A stretch of DNA of 32,236 nt from Octopus bimaculoides (Eukaryota): NCBI RefSeq assembly GCF_001194135.2, contig NC_068991.1:21751975-21784210 (forward strand). The letters run 5' to 3'. Made by a program: the position numbers and the translations under genes. The notes beneath the pieces were generated by a model that made no database searches, was not told the DNA's origin, and saw only the letters and a list, made by a program, of their open reading frames with translations. Position 1 is the stretch's first letter, and each line of letters opens with the position of its first letter. Positions 20,425 to 31,630 of the stretch are shown here, piece by piece.

Positions 20425-20765
20425 TTTTTCAGTTTTCGTCAACCAAATTTGCTCATGAAGCTTTAGTTAACACAGGGCTATAGTACAAGATATTTAAGTT
20501 GTCGTGTCGTCAGACTGACCCTGATACTCTTTTGCTTGGGAAGCAAACTTCTTAACCTCAATTAATATATCTATCTTCTACTTGTTTCACTCATTAAACT
20601 GCAGCCATTCTGGGGCACTACCTCGAAAGTTTAGTTGAACAAATCGATCCCAGTACTTGTTTTTTAAAGCCTGGTGCTGGTTTATCGGTCTCTTTTGCTG
20701 TACTGCTAAGTTACAGGAGCATAACCAATACAGCACCAGTTATTAAGGAGTGAGGACAAACACAA
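20425..20765 (-). mobile_element. Family A SINE pieces (5' half 20425-20555; 3' half 20572-20765)
   Basis: TACTTGTTTCACTCATT..ACTGCAGCCAT.CTGGGGCAC and CAGTTTTCGTCAACCAAATT are reverse complements of the family A tail and body. Confidence 0.7.
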
Positions 20766-21182
20766 AAGCACTCATACATGATTATGAATGTATGTTTCTG
20801 ATGCTGGTGGTGGGCACCAGCTTAGTCACAAGAAGTAGGGCAACCCCCATGACTTATTACAGAGCCTCAAAGAGTGGGGAGAAACTTCAAACCAAAGTCA
20901 TTGTCCATATTTCTACAATTTGTGAACTCTACTGCAGAAACCCCGGGACCAGTTGTTGATGTTAAACCAGACAGCTGAATAAAGCCTTCCACCCCAAATA
21001 TTTCTTTCAATACAAATTGCTGGCTTTATTTCAATGTATGAAATCATTATTAAAATTCAATTTGAGAGAAGTTGAAGCTGTAAATAGGCTTTTGCTCATA
21101 TCTCTATTAAGTCTCTATAATATGTGAAGATAAATGAAAGATAATCGAAAGAGACAACTTTTATTTTCCTGTCTGTTATAAT

Positions 21183-21295
21183 AATGATTTCTGAAATTGG
21201 CACCGTGCCACAAACTTGTAGTTAACAGTACAGTCGATGGAATCACTCACTGTTGGTACTTATTTTACAAAGCCCAGATAGATGAAAGACAAAGA
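21183..21295 (-). mobile_element. Family C SINE, 3' part
   Basis: TTGGTACTTATTTTACAAAGCCCAGATAGATGAAAGACAAAG. Confidence 0.6.
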
Positions 21296-21500
21296 GAATA
21301 AAAGTGATTAGAACAGTAGAGGGTCGAAATTAAATAATTTTAAATGGGCATGGCTTTATATAGAAGCTTGTGCATGGCTGTACCTTGTTTGAGTGTTTTC
21401 TATAATTGCTATGGGCTGACCAATGCCATCTGAGGGGATTTGGTAGAGAGAAACTGCAGGGAGCCCATCATGTGTGTGTATGTGTGCGCACACATGTATT

Positions 21501-21830
21501 GTGAAGGCATGTGGCCCAGTGGTTAGTGGTAGTCAGCTTATGATTGTAAGGTTATGAGTTTGATACCCAGCAATGCATTGTGTTCTTGAGCAAGACACTT
21601 TATTTCAGTTGCCCCTGTCCACTCAGCTGGCAAAAATGAGTTTCTACCTGTAATTCAAAGTGCCAGCTTTGTCACATTCTGTGTCATACTGAATCTCGCT
21701 GAGAACTGTGTTTAGTGTACATGTATCTGTGGAGCACTCAGCCACTTGCACATAAATTTCATGAGCACGCTGTTCTGTTGATCGGATCAACTGGAACGCT
21801 TGTCGTAACCAACCAATCGAGTGCCAGTTA
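21501..21830 (+). mobile_element. Family B tRNA-derived SINE
   Basis: GTGAAGGCATGTGGCCCAGTGGTTAG head, TTGAGCAAGACACTTTATTTC central part, and a tail CCTGTAATTCAAAG...GATCGGATCAACTGGAAC shared with 28971-29359. Confidence 0.8.
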
Positions 21831-22260
21831 TTGTGTATATGTGTGTGTGGCTATATATACTAATTGTGAGTAATAAGATAATATGTACATACAATTAGTA
21901 GTCAGGTTGAATTTGTACCTAAACTCCAATTTTAAGAGCAGGGATGTGATAGCTGCTTAGATGAAAATTGGCTAAAGGCAGTGTATTGATTAAGCCAGTA
22001 TGTGAATAATAGAATTATATACGTGTGCATGTTTATATTCCATGTTGTCACTGCTTGAGTGAAATGGCACCAATATTGACATTCTGAGTTGATATTATGA
22101 TTGGTTGCTTTATACTTTCAAAACTTGTGGAATAAAGAAAGGGAGAGGAGACGACTGACTGCAGGACCCCACTAGCATGGAAAAACAGGCCTCAAAGAAA
22201 TGATGAAAGCAGGAACTTAGTCCAGTGGTATACCATTTCAACTGAAAATTTCTTTTTCAG

Positions 22261-22314
22261 AAGTGCACCAATTATTTGGGGAAAGCAATAGAGAAGAAGA
22301 TGCTCAGTTGTTGA
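22261..22314 (+). other. Candidate 54-nt internal exon
   Basis: TTTCTTTTTCAG|...TTGA|GTGAGT; open in phase 1-1 as (E)VHQLFGESNREEDAQLL. No recognisable homology. Confidence 0.25.
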
Positions 22315-22383
22315 GTGAGTTAAATCTGCTAAAAGAATGAAACTTTTTGAATAGGGTACATCACTATTTTACTGGCTCATTAA

Positions 22384-22674
22384 CCCATTACCTACCAGTG
22401 ATCTCATATGAGCTCGCTTAAAAATTACAAATTTCGTAATTATCTGTCAATATTTACACATATCTAACCTTTTTGCTATATCTACTAGGTATATTTCTCT
22501 GATATTCAAATGAGGTTTGCTAATTTTTCACCCAATATCTCACTTATTTCTATTTAAAATGTTATTTTGAAATGTTATTTTGATCATTCCAGCGTGTTTC
22601 TAAGGCTGTTTTATGCTAGAAATCAAAGTTTCATAAAAAAAATTCCAGTTAATAGAATTATGGGAGGTAATGGG
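22384..22674. mobile_element. piggyBac-like MITE (TTAA TSD, ~13-bp TIR)
   Basis: TTAA|CCCATTACCTACC ... GGGAGGTAATGGG|TTAA; TTAA at 22380-22383 and 22675-22678. Confidence 0.75.
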
Positions 22675-22764
22675 TTAAGTTACAGTTTTTCCAAATTTTC
22701 ATTCAAGGGGGTTCAATACTCCTCCGTTCTGCATGGGGTGCCAGTTCATCACATAACATGACCC

Positions 22765-22840
22765 ACCATCTGATCTGGGAATTGAGCCCACAAACTTACA
22801 CTGATGAGTACAACTCCCTAACCACTAGGCCATGCATCCT
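22765..22840 (-). mobile_element. Family B SINE head fragment
   Basis: Reverse reads GGCCTAGTGGTTAGGGAGTTGTACTCATCAGTGTAAGTTTGTGGGCTCAATTCCCAGA. Confidence 0.5.
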
Positions 22841-23874
22841 CACAAACTTTAGAATGATCATGTTCGGACTTTAAGTTGTTTGCTTTTCAGATAAACCTGG
22901 TTTCACTTAGTCTTCAAGAACACATCTGCTCTCCCCCACCCCAGCCCATCATCATACAGTGTTTGGCTTTATGGGAAACTCTATAAGAACAAAATACATA
23001 TGCATATATTTCCATTTTGATCCCCATCATACAGTGTTTGACTCTAAGGGGAACATTATAGAAATAAAATCTGTAAAGTATACAGAGACATGTCGAAAAT
23101 ATATAGACACCATCACAAGATTTATTTCTAGAAACAAAATAATGTAATTTGATTCATTTGAATACTTAATCTAGTATTTATTACACATGCCTAATGCCTT
23201 TGTTTTTAGATTTAACTCATTTGAACATCGTATTAATAGTGTCCACACAAATGGAACGATATAATGAGGAGTGTCTATTTACTTTTGAGATATTTGTACA
23301 TTGCTGATGTCCAGTCTGTCAATGTAAGACTTGGGTGGTGGCTGAAACTGAAGATGAGTAAAATCGGAATCAGTTTGCTGAATTACAGTTTTGATTCTTC
23401 ACAGTTGAATGGAAATAGTTTAACAACCCAACATAGAATTTAAATTTGGTTTTGATGTTGCTATTAATGTTCAAGCTAATTTAGCATGTGTGTGTGTTTT
23501 GCATAGTGTGTGTTTTGTGCTTATATATAGTGACTCAACTTAAAATGGGTTAAATATTGTTGTTTAACCCTAGGCTGGCTCTGATTGAACAGGTTTTTAA
23601 TCAAATATGTTTCTGTTGTGACTATTTGGTCTTATTTTAAAGTTTACATTAATCAGTGTTCTTCCTTTATTTTTTTTTTTTAGTGTGATAGTAAGATATG
23701 ATTTGAAGGAGATTTGGCTGCTATTTCAAGCAGGTTGATTGACAATATATTGGCTCTGAGAGACCTAATGTTTTATGGTGGGTCCTTATATCCTCAACCT
23801 GTGAAGGAAGAAAGGAATGGTCCAACTTGGAGTGAAGTGATCATAGAAAATCGAGAACTCTGGAGGTACTTCTT

Positions 23875-24027
23875 CTGTTGGTACATCCCCATAACTTAGC
23901 AGTTTGGCAAAAGAGACCAATAGGATAAGTACCAGGCTTACAAAGAATAAGTCCGGGGGTCGATTTGTTTGACTAAAGGCTGTGCTCCAGCATGGCTGCA
24001 GTCAAATGACTGAAACAAGTAAAAGAA
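23875..24027 (+). mobile_element. Family A SINE, 3' half
   Basis: CCCCATAACTTAGCAGTTTGGCAAAAGAGACC...CAGCATGGCTGCAGTCAAATGACTGAAACAAGTAAAAGA. Confidence 0.8.
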
Positions 24028-24158
24028 TTCACATTTACGAATGAAGCTTGAAAGAAATTTTGCATGTCTTGATAAAATTTCTCACAGAATCTCAACCCAG
24101 CAACATATTCTTTTATTGGTACTTCTTTCCCTATCCTGTTCCAATCCCATGTTTCCAG

Positions 24159-24233
24159 AAGCACCACCACCTCTAAATAATTACCACCAGGGATTTATGT
24201 CTGGTGGAATAGTAAGAATCTTTTGCAAGCTTG
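24159..24233 (+). other. Candidate 75-nt internal exon
   Basis: Pyrimidine-rich CCCATGTTTCCAG| acceptor and CTTG|GTAAGA donor; phase 1-1 (E)APPPLNNYHQGFMSGGIVRIFCKL(G). No recognisable homology. Confidence 0.2.
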
Positions 24234-24309
24234 GTAAGATAATGTAAGGAACATACAGCAAAATATAAGGGGTAGAAAAACTATTTGAGTGAATAGTGGG
24301 AGAGACATG

Positions 24310-25330
24310 GTTTTGTATGTATGTATGTGTGTGTGGGGGCGCAGGCGTTATATATGTATGTGTGTGTATAAAAGCGTGTATGGGTTGTGTATGATGCCTG
24401 TGCATGTGTATGAGTATGCAAAGGCTACATGATGTGTGTGTGTGTGTGCACATGTGTGAAGTTGTATGCTGTATGTGTGAGGTGTTTGTGTGTGTGTGAA
24501 GTCGTATGATGTATGTGTAAAGTATCTTGTGTATGTGATAATGTGATGCACTTCACAGTGTTTGTGTGTGTGTGCATGGGTAAGTGTTTGATGAATGAGC
24601 ATGTATGAGAGTAAGAGGAATGTATGGCATATATATATATGTATGGTGTGTATATTTGGTCATGGGTCTCTGTAGAATGTATAGTGTGCATGTGTATATG
24701 TATGCATTGGTGTTATGGTGTGTCTGCTTGATAGTGTGTTTATGTGGGATGTGTGGTGTATAGGAGTGTTATGGTAGATGTGTGTGTGTGTTTATGTGTA
24801 TATGGTGCGTGTGTGTTTGTGTGACATGTCTAATAATGAGAGATTGTTAGATATTTGCTTGATTTTCAATGAGTGAACGCAAATATACAGTATCGTGTGT
24901 ACGTGTGTGTGTGTGTGTGTGTACACATGTTTATTTAACTATTGATTGTGTGTATGTGTGTATATCAAATATATTTTTGTATGTCTGTTGGCTATGGAAA
25001 CGATTTTTAGCGAGAGAGAGACAGAGTGTGTGTTGTAGGCTTGTGACTGCATGGTTGAATTTTTTGTGTGTGAATGTATATCATGCATGAAGGTATATAT
25101 GTATTTGTCTTGCTATCAATTGTAGGTGTGCATGTGTGTGCATATGCTTGTGAACAAATAAATGAGTGACTCTGTGTGTGTGTGTGTGTTATATGAGTGT
25201 ATTATATATTCCATATATGTTTCTGTTTGACAGGCAATGCAACTATCCATTTAATATGCACGCACACATAAACAAGCATGTACATATACATACATACGTA
25301 CATACATATGCACACAAATACATGCATGTT
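24310..25330. repeat. Long degenerate (TG)/(TATG) low-complexity tract
   Basis: Seen directly; source of several HT/CV-rich spurious ORFs. Confidence 0.85.
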
Positions 25331-25789
25331 CACACGAACATAAACATACTTTTCATATGACATGCCATGATATAAGTTGTTGATGTTGTTTAACCCTAGG
25401 TCAAGCTTAATTGAAGAAACCTGCAATCAAGAACATTTCAACAATAGCCAACCTGTTTTTTCTCAGACAGTTTATCTAGGACTACATTTATCCAACATGT
25501 CTTTTCTTTATTAAATGGTAAGATGTATAATTAGAAGGAAAATTGGCTGCTGCTTTTAGTGTGTTCAATGACCATGTAGAGGCTCCCTTTGTTAGCTTGT
25601 GTTCTCTGTGTGTCTCTGGTACTGTATCTCTTTGTTTTACTCATTTCTTTATACACATATTCTCATGTAGTTATCTGTATCAAAACTTATCACTTCTGAT
25701 GTAACATATGTCAATATTTTGCTGACAAATCATCTTTTCTTTATAAAATTCCCAAAGACCAAAAAGAAGTGTATATTGAAATATTTGCT

Positions 25790-26700
25790 ATATTTAGTTA
25801 TGTCTCCTTACATTCTGAGTTCAAATCATGCCTAAATTAACATAACCCTTTATTTTTTTACCCTGGTTCATAACCAGGGTTGATAACATGGTGTATCAGT
25901 CAAATACTGAGGTTGATTTAATTGATTATCTCCTTTCCCAAATTATTGACCTAATCGTTTTACTTATATTATTAAAATTGGTGGAATGGTAAAATCACCT
26001 GAGAGTCATTATTTGTTCTGGTTCTTAACGCTCTGAGTTTAAATTCCACTAAGATCAACTTTGTCTTTCATCAATTTGGGGTTGATAAAATAAAATACTA
26101 GTGAAGTGCTGGGGTTCATTTAATCAAGTCTTCCCCACCTGCAACAAATTTTAGGCCTTTGTCTTGTGGTGAGTGATTGATAAACCATGAAGCATGTCAA
26201 AACAATTTCTTTTATTTTAAGCTGGTGAGTGGGCAGAATTCTAAGTGTGTTGGACAAAATGCTTAGCCACATATCTTCCAGCTCTCTACACTCTGAGTTC
26301 AACTTCTACTGAGGTCAACTTTGTCTATTATCCTTTTATGGTCGATAAAATAAAGTACCGATCAAATATTGCAGTTGATGTAATCAACTACTCCCCTTTT
26401 CACTTAAAATTTCAGGCCTTGTACCTGTAGTAGAAAGAATTATTATTATTATCATCATCATCAAGGCAGTGAGCTGGCAAAATGCTTAGCAGCATTTCAT
26501 CCATCTTTGTGTTCTGTGTTCAAATTCCGCCAAGGTCAACTTTTCCTTTCATCCTTTTGGGGTTGATAAATTAAGTACTAGTTGAGTACTGGGGTCAATG
26601 TAATCGACTAGTCCCCTCCCCCAAAATTTCAGGCCTTGTGCCAGTTGTAGAAAGGATTATTATTATTATTATCATCATCATCATTATCATCATCATTATC
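25790..26700 (+). mobile_element. Head-to-tail cluster of four family C SINE copies
   Basis: CTGAGTT(C/T)AAAT...GGG(T)TGATAA...AGTAC...GGGGT..AT.TAAT repeats at about 25810, 26030, 26290 and 26510, with ATT/ATC tails after the last two. Confidence 0.8.
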
Positions 26701-27358
26701 ATCACATCAGTGGTTTAGTGAAATCAATAGAGCATTAGACAAAATACCTTCTAGTATTTACTTGTGCCCCTATACTTCTGCTGAAAATGTTTTTGCCTTT
26801 CACCAAGAAGTTAAGTCCCTGTCAAGTAATGCTGTTTCATCATCATCATCATCATCATTGAAGAAATGATTACAACTGATATATTTAACTAAAGTAGGAA
26901 TCAGCATTTTTTTTTTTGTAATTGCTTACTTTTGTTTTATTTATATTTGCTGATTGTCCACCTGTATAATAATATATAATATGTCACATGCACAAATATC
27001 TACACATAACACCAACCACCACCACTACCACCACCATTGCCATCACTAGCAATATTTATGTAAGCAAAAATTAAACAAATCACGACATAAAAGACTATCT
27101 GAAAGCCATCAAAAGCTCAATGAGTTACAAATGCATTAAATTTGGAAAAAAGATTCTAAAAATTGCCCACAGAAGACACATCACTGGTCTATCGATTACT
27201 GACCTCAGGTCAGATGTCTCATAATGTTGTTGAAAAATGTGCAGTTAAATACACTACAACATATAAGCTACCCCTCTTCTATTTTAAGTTCAAGTACCAT
27301 TGTGTCATCTTTGTGTTTCATCTCTCTCTCTCTCTCTCTCTCTCTCCCGAGGCTTCAG

Positions 27359-27443
27359 AACTATTACTTTACTAAAGAATATGTCTATCCCTACAAAATT
27401 GATGCTGTGGACCCTGTGGAAATTCCACATTTTATAAATGCTC
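27359..27443 (+). other. Candidate coding exon of an unidentified gene
   Basis: (CT)n...CTTCAG| acceptor, then NYYFTKEYVYPYKIDAVDPVEIPHFINA with protein-like composition. The donor is weak (GTATTT; alternative GTATGA after 27490). Confidence 0.3.
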
Positions 27444-27983
27444 GTATTTCTATTTTAAATATATTAGACATATTAAATATACTAGTTTGGGTATGAATAC
27501 AAAATAAGTATATATGTATACATGCAAAACAAGACAAAACAAAAGGTGTAGACTTTCAGATGATGAATTTTAAAGTATGAATATATAGATATTTATATTA
27601 ATAAGTCCAACTTACACAGAGTACAAACAACAGAGAAAATTAAAGGGGTGGAAGAAAGGTTTTATAAGTCCAGCAACTGTTTCTGAGAATTTGGAGAGCC
27701 ATAATAATGTTGGTAGGCTATATTTCTATTTTAATGCATAAATTCATAGATTTTCATTACATTGTTTCTTTTGTAAAAGATTTCAATTATCTTTGATTTT
27801 GAGGTCGTTGGAAGTATAATAATTTAATTTTGTTTCATTATGTTAAAAACTTCCATTATGTCTTCAATTTTCTTCCATAATTTTTGAGGCTGAAAGTGCA
27901 ATACTCAATTCGATCTTGTTTCACTGTGTTTAATTATGACAAAAAGTGTTTGCAAGTTTATAATGCACGAACGAGACCAATAT

Positions 27984-28236
27984 TCTGCATTGCAGCAGAA
28001 CATGGACCAGTCAGACAGTCTGCACTTTAATGCAATGTGTATCACTTAGACATTTTGCACTGTAAGGCAGCATATATCAGATTAGATAAACTACACTGCG
28101 ATGCATTGTACATCACTTGAATAGTCTGCATTCTAATGCAGATTGTATCATTTGGGTAATCTGCACTATAACGCAATGAATATCAGTTGGACAATCTGCA
28201 CTTTAATGCAGTGTATACCAGTTGAACAGTCTGCAA
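27984..28236. repeat. Degenerate 35-bp minisatellite, 7 full units plus partial
   Basis: Unit starts at 27984, 28019, 28054, 28090, 28125, 28160, 28195 and 28230; consensus about TCTGCACTTTAATGCA(A/G)TGT(G/A)TATCA(C/G)TT(A/G)GACA(G/A). Confidence 0.85.
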
Positions 28237-28970
28237 TTTCCCACAGTATGAGTTAGGAGCTTAACATTATATTGCAGCATGTATTGTTGAATATTTTATT
28301 CCAAACACAGTATGTTTGATTTGAAGTAATAAACAAATACATAGATGTCATTACAAATTTTTCTAATTGTCCAACCAGGCAATACCCACAACTACACAAC
28401 CTTATCCCAGCCACATCACACCACCACCTAAATTCCTTTCCATATTTAGTAGAGAGTTCAATGGACAAACACATCTTGGTAGAAAAACAAAGCTGATAAC
28501 AAAAGAGGTGACACCATAGTTTTATAACCAAACTAATTTTACATATTTAACAATAGATACTTGTCTCACCAAACTAATTACATTAACTTTTCTCTTTACA
28601 TCACATTCTGCTCCATACAACTGTCTTAATTTCATTGCATGTCTAGCTTTCTTGTAACTATTTTTATTGCGAGACCCATAAATATCACCATCATAACACA
28701 CACATCACCCCCATTCTGCCCCAAAATATAATTTGTTTAAAAAATACTTTAAAGAATGTCTCAGGAATCTCATAAAATCATAAATATATCTTAATACTTA
28801 GTGCCTGAGAGAATTTTGAAACTGAGCAGAATAATAACAATTGTAAAGCTTAACAAAAACTCAGCCAAAGCAACACTACACAGATCCATCACTCTCCTAT
28901 GCACAGCACCAAAAATTCTTAAAATACATTTATATATAAATATATATATATATATATATAATTGATCCAT

Positions 28971-29359
28971 GTGGAGGCGCAATGGCCCAGTGGTCAGGGC
29001 AGCGGACTCACAGTCATAGGATCGCGGTTTCGATTCCCAGACTGGGCGTTGTGAGTGTTTATTGAGCGAAAACACCTAAAGCTCCACAAGGCTCCGGCAG
29101 GGGATGGTGGCGAACCCTGCTGTACTCTCTCACCACAACTCTCTCTCACTCTTACTTCCTGTTTCTGTTGTGCCTGTAATTCAAAGGGTCAGCCTTGTCA
29201 CGCTGTGTCACACTGAATATCCCCGAGAACTACGTTACGGGTACACATGTTTATGGAGTGCTCAGCCACTTGCACGTTAATTTCACAAGCAGGCTGTTCC
29301 GTTGATCGGATCAACTGGAACCCTCGACGTTGTAAGTGATGGAGTGCCAACAACAACAG
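28971..29359 (+). mobile_element. Young full-length family B SINE with 9-bp TSD
   Basis: GTGGAGGCGCAATGGCCCAGTGGTCAGGG...GGTTTCGATTCCC head and (CAA)n tail; TSD TTGATCCAT at 28962-28970 and 29360-29368. Confidence 0.9.
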
Positions 29360-29734
29360 TTGATCCATACATTCTTCCTTTCAATTCCAAACATCTACCT
29401 ACAAATAGTACCATCTTAAGGCATAACATACTGGGAAGTTGTCTGGTGGGCTCACAAGTCTAGGGGCTCATTACTAATCTACATATAGTGTGACTTGATG
29501 TCAGTAACTAAATACTATAGGTCCCAGTCAATAGCTCTATGCCCTCTTTAAATACTATAGGCTCCAGTGCATTGTTTTGCTTGGGGACTTATGCTGTTTA
29601 AGATGGCCCTACTCACAAACCTCTCTCTGAGAATCATAGTGGGATTAACAATGAAAATGTATAAGATACATCATTCTTTCATCAGCACCAGTCCAGCAGT
29701 TGATTTCTATTTCTTGTTACACATTTATAAACAA

Positions 29735-29890
29735 AATATTGGCTATGTGGTAAAGAGGCTTGCTGTGTAATTATATGGTTTTGAGTTCAGTTCCACTATG
29801 TGGTATTGTAGGCAAGTGTCCTCTGCTATAGCCCAGACTGACCAATGCCTTGTGAATGAATTTGGTTGGCAGAAACTGTGTGGAAGCTTG

Positions 29891-29925
<35 letters not shown>

Positions 29926-30040
29926 GGCACCTGGCCTAGAAGTTAGGGTGTTGCACACATGATTGCTAGATCAGGGTTCAATTCCCAGACTGACATGTTT
30001 TGTTCCTGAGCAAAACACTTCATTTCACATTGCTTTGTAG
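29735..30040 (+). mobile_element. Family A SINE 5' half ending in (TG)n, followed by a family B SINE head
   Basis: TGGCTATGTGGTAAAGAGGCTTGC...GGCAAGTGTC...GCCTTGTGAATGAATTTGG; then GTGAAGGCACCTGGCCTAGAAGTTAGGG...GAGCAAAACACTTCATTTC. Confidence 0.6.
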
Positions 30041-30294
30041 GTGGCAGAATCATTGGTGCATCAGCAGATATTCTTTATGGTATATCTTCTGGATCTCTAC
30101 ATTCCAAGTTCAAATTCCACCTCCCTGGAGAAGCCAATGGGAAACCACTCCAATATTCAACCCAAGCTTTAACAACAGCAAGGGAGGGTACTGCTTAAGA
30201 GCAGACCATCACTAGACTGTATGTGTGTATGCATGTATGTATGCATGCATGCATGTATGTATGTATGTATGTATGGATGGATGGATGGATGTAT

Positions 30295-30505
30295 ATCATC
30301 ATCATCATCATCATCATCATTTAACATCCGTTGTCCATGCTTGCATAGGTTGGACGGTTTGACTGGGCTGGCACACTGGAAGGCTGCACCAGATTCTTGT
30401 CTGATTTGGCATGGTTTTCTATGGCTGGATGCCCTCCCTAACGCCAACCACTCCGAGAGTGTAATGGGTGCTTTTACGTGCCACCAACATGGGTGCTATT
30501 TGCAT
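30295..30505 (-). mobile_element. RTE LINE 3' tail with (CAT)n
   Basis: CATCATCAT TTAACATCCG...GGCTGGATGCCCTCCCTAACGCCAACCACTCCGAGAGTGTAATGGGTGCTTTTACGTGCCACC is the reverse complement of 6270-6466. Confidence 0.8.
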
Positions 30506-30550
30506 GACACCAGGGTGTGTTTATGTGTCATTGGCATATATATGTATGGG

Positions 30551-30890
30551 TGAAGGCACATGACTCAGTGGTTAGAGCTACGGGCTCACAATCACGAGGT
30601 GCTCAGTTTGATTCCTGGACCAGGCTATGTGTTGTGTTCTTGAGCAAGACACTTTATTTCACATTGCTCCAGTTCGCTCAGCTGTAGAAATGAGTTGCAA
30701 CAATGTCACTGGTGCCAAGCTGTATCGTCCTTTGTCTTTCCCTTGGATAACATCAGTGGCATGGAGAGTGGAGGTTGGTATGCATTGGCAACTTCTGGTC
30801 TTCCACAAACAACCTTGTCCAGACCTATGCCTCGGAGGTGAATATTTTAAGTACAATCCCATGGTCATTCATGACTGAAGGGGGTCCTTA
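30551..30890 (+). mobile_element. Family B SINE variant with a different 3' module
   Basis: Same head and GAGCAAGACACTTTATTTCAC..CTCAGCTG as 21501, but the tail (TGGTGCCAAGCTGTATC...CATGACTGAAGGGGGTC) is unrelated. Confidence 0.7.
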
Positions 30891-30934
30891 TGTATATATC
30901 TGTATGTATGTATGTGTGTCATTGCATATATCCC

Positions 30935-31090
30935 AACCCATCTACTGCTTGACAACTGGTGTTGGTTTATTTATGTTCCTGTTGCTTAGTGGTTCAGCAA
31001 AAGACAGTGATATAATAAGTACCAGATCTAAAAATAAGTGGTGGTGGGGCACGATTTGTTTGACTAAATCCTGCAAGTAAAAGATAAAAG
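30935..31090 (+). mobile_element. Family A SINE, 3' half
   Basis: GCTTGACAACTGGTGTTGG...TCAGCAAAAGA...ATAAGTACCAG...GATTTGTTTGACTAA...AAGTAAAAGATAAAAG. Confidence 0.7.
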
Positions 31091-31134
31091 ACCATATATC
31101 TTATTCCATCATCTCTCTTCTACTCTTTTACTAC

Positions 31135-31136
31135 TT

Positions 31137-31221
<85 letters not shown>

Positions 31222-31310
31222 CTGTTCCTCACCCATTCAGACCTATTCTTACTTTACATTCTCCTTCAGTAATTCCTATATTTCTTTAGCCACACTATCT
31301 TTATCTCTAC

Positions 31311-31363
<53 letters not shown>

Positions 31364-31595
31364 TCTCTTTCTTTCTTTCTTTCTTTCTCTCTCTCTCACA
31401 CACACACACACAAATACTGTATTCCCCTGTCTCTTATACTCATTACTCTCTTACACTCTCTTTGGGAGTCTCTAGTTTCCTCTCTCTCTCTCTCTTTTGA
31501 ACATTCTTTCTATTAGTCTCTGTTTGTCTGCCTGCCTGCTTGCTTCTCTCTCTCTCTCCCTCTCCCCTTCTCTCTCTCTCTCTCTCACTCTCCCC

Positions 31596-31626
<31 letters not shown>

Positions 31627-31630
31627 CAAT
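31135..31630. repeat. Compound microsatellite block (CT)n, (TA)n, (CA)n, (CTTT)n
   Basis: Seen directly. Confidence 0.95.

Noticed and set aside
22801-22830. CTGATGAG hammerhead core
   Set aside because: It is the reverse complement of a family B SINE head, with no helix II or GAAA.
22945-23075. 75-bp diverged direct repeat inside the 62-aa ORF
   Set aside because: The upstream acceptor frame has a stop, only two units exist and there is no protein similarity; a local duplication.
27984-28236. CRISPR array interpretation of the 35-bp repeat
   Set aside because: Units align along their whole length with no unique spacers, the context is eukaryotic, and there are no cas genes.
28971-29045. 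tRNA gene at SINE heads (also 11672, 14257, 21501, 30551)
   Set aside because: A/B boxes are present, but the sequence continues into SINE bodies with tails and TSDs and lacks a complete acceptor stem.
29505-29570. 20-bp direct repeat TAAATACTATAGG(TC/CT)CCAGT with a 20-bp spacer
   Set aside because: Only two copies; consistent with a small local duplication.
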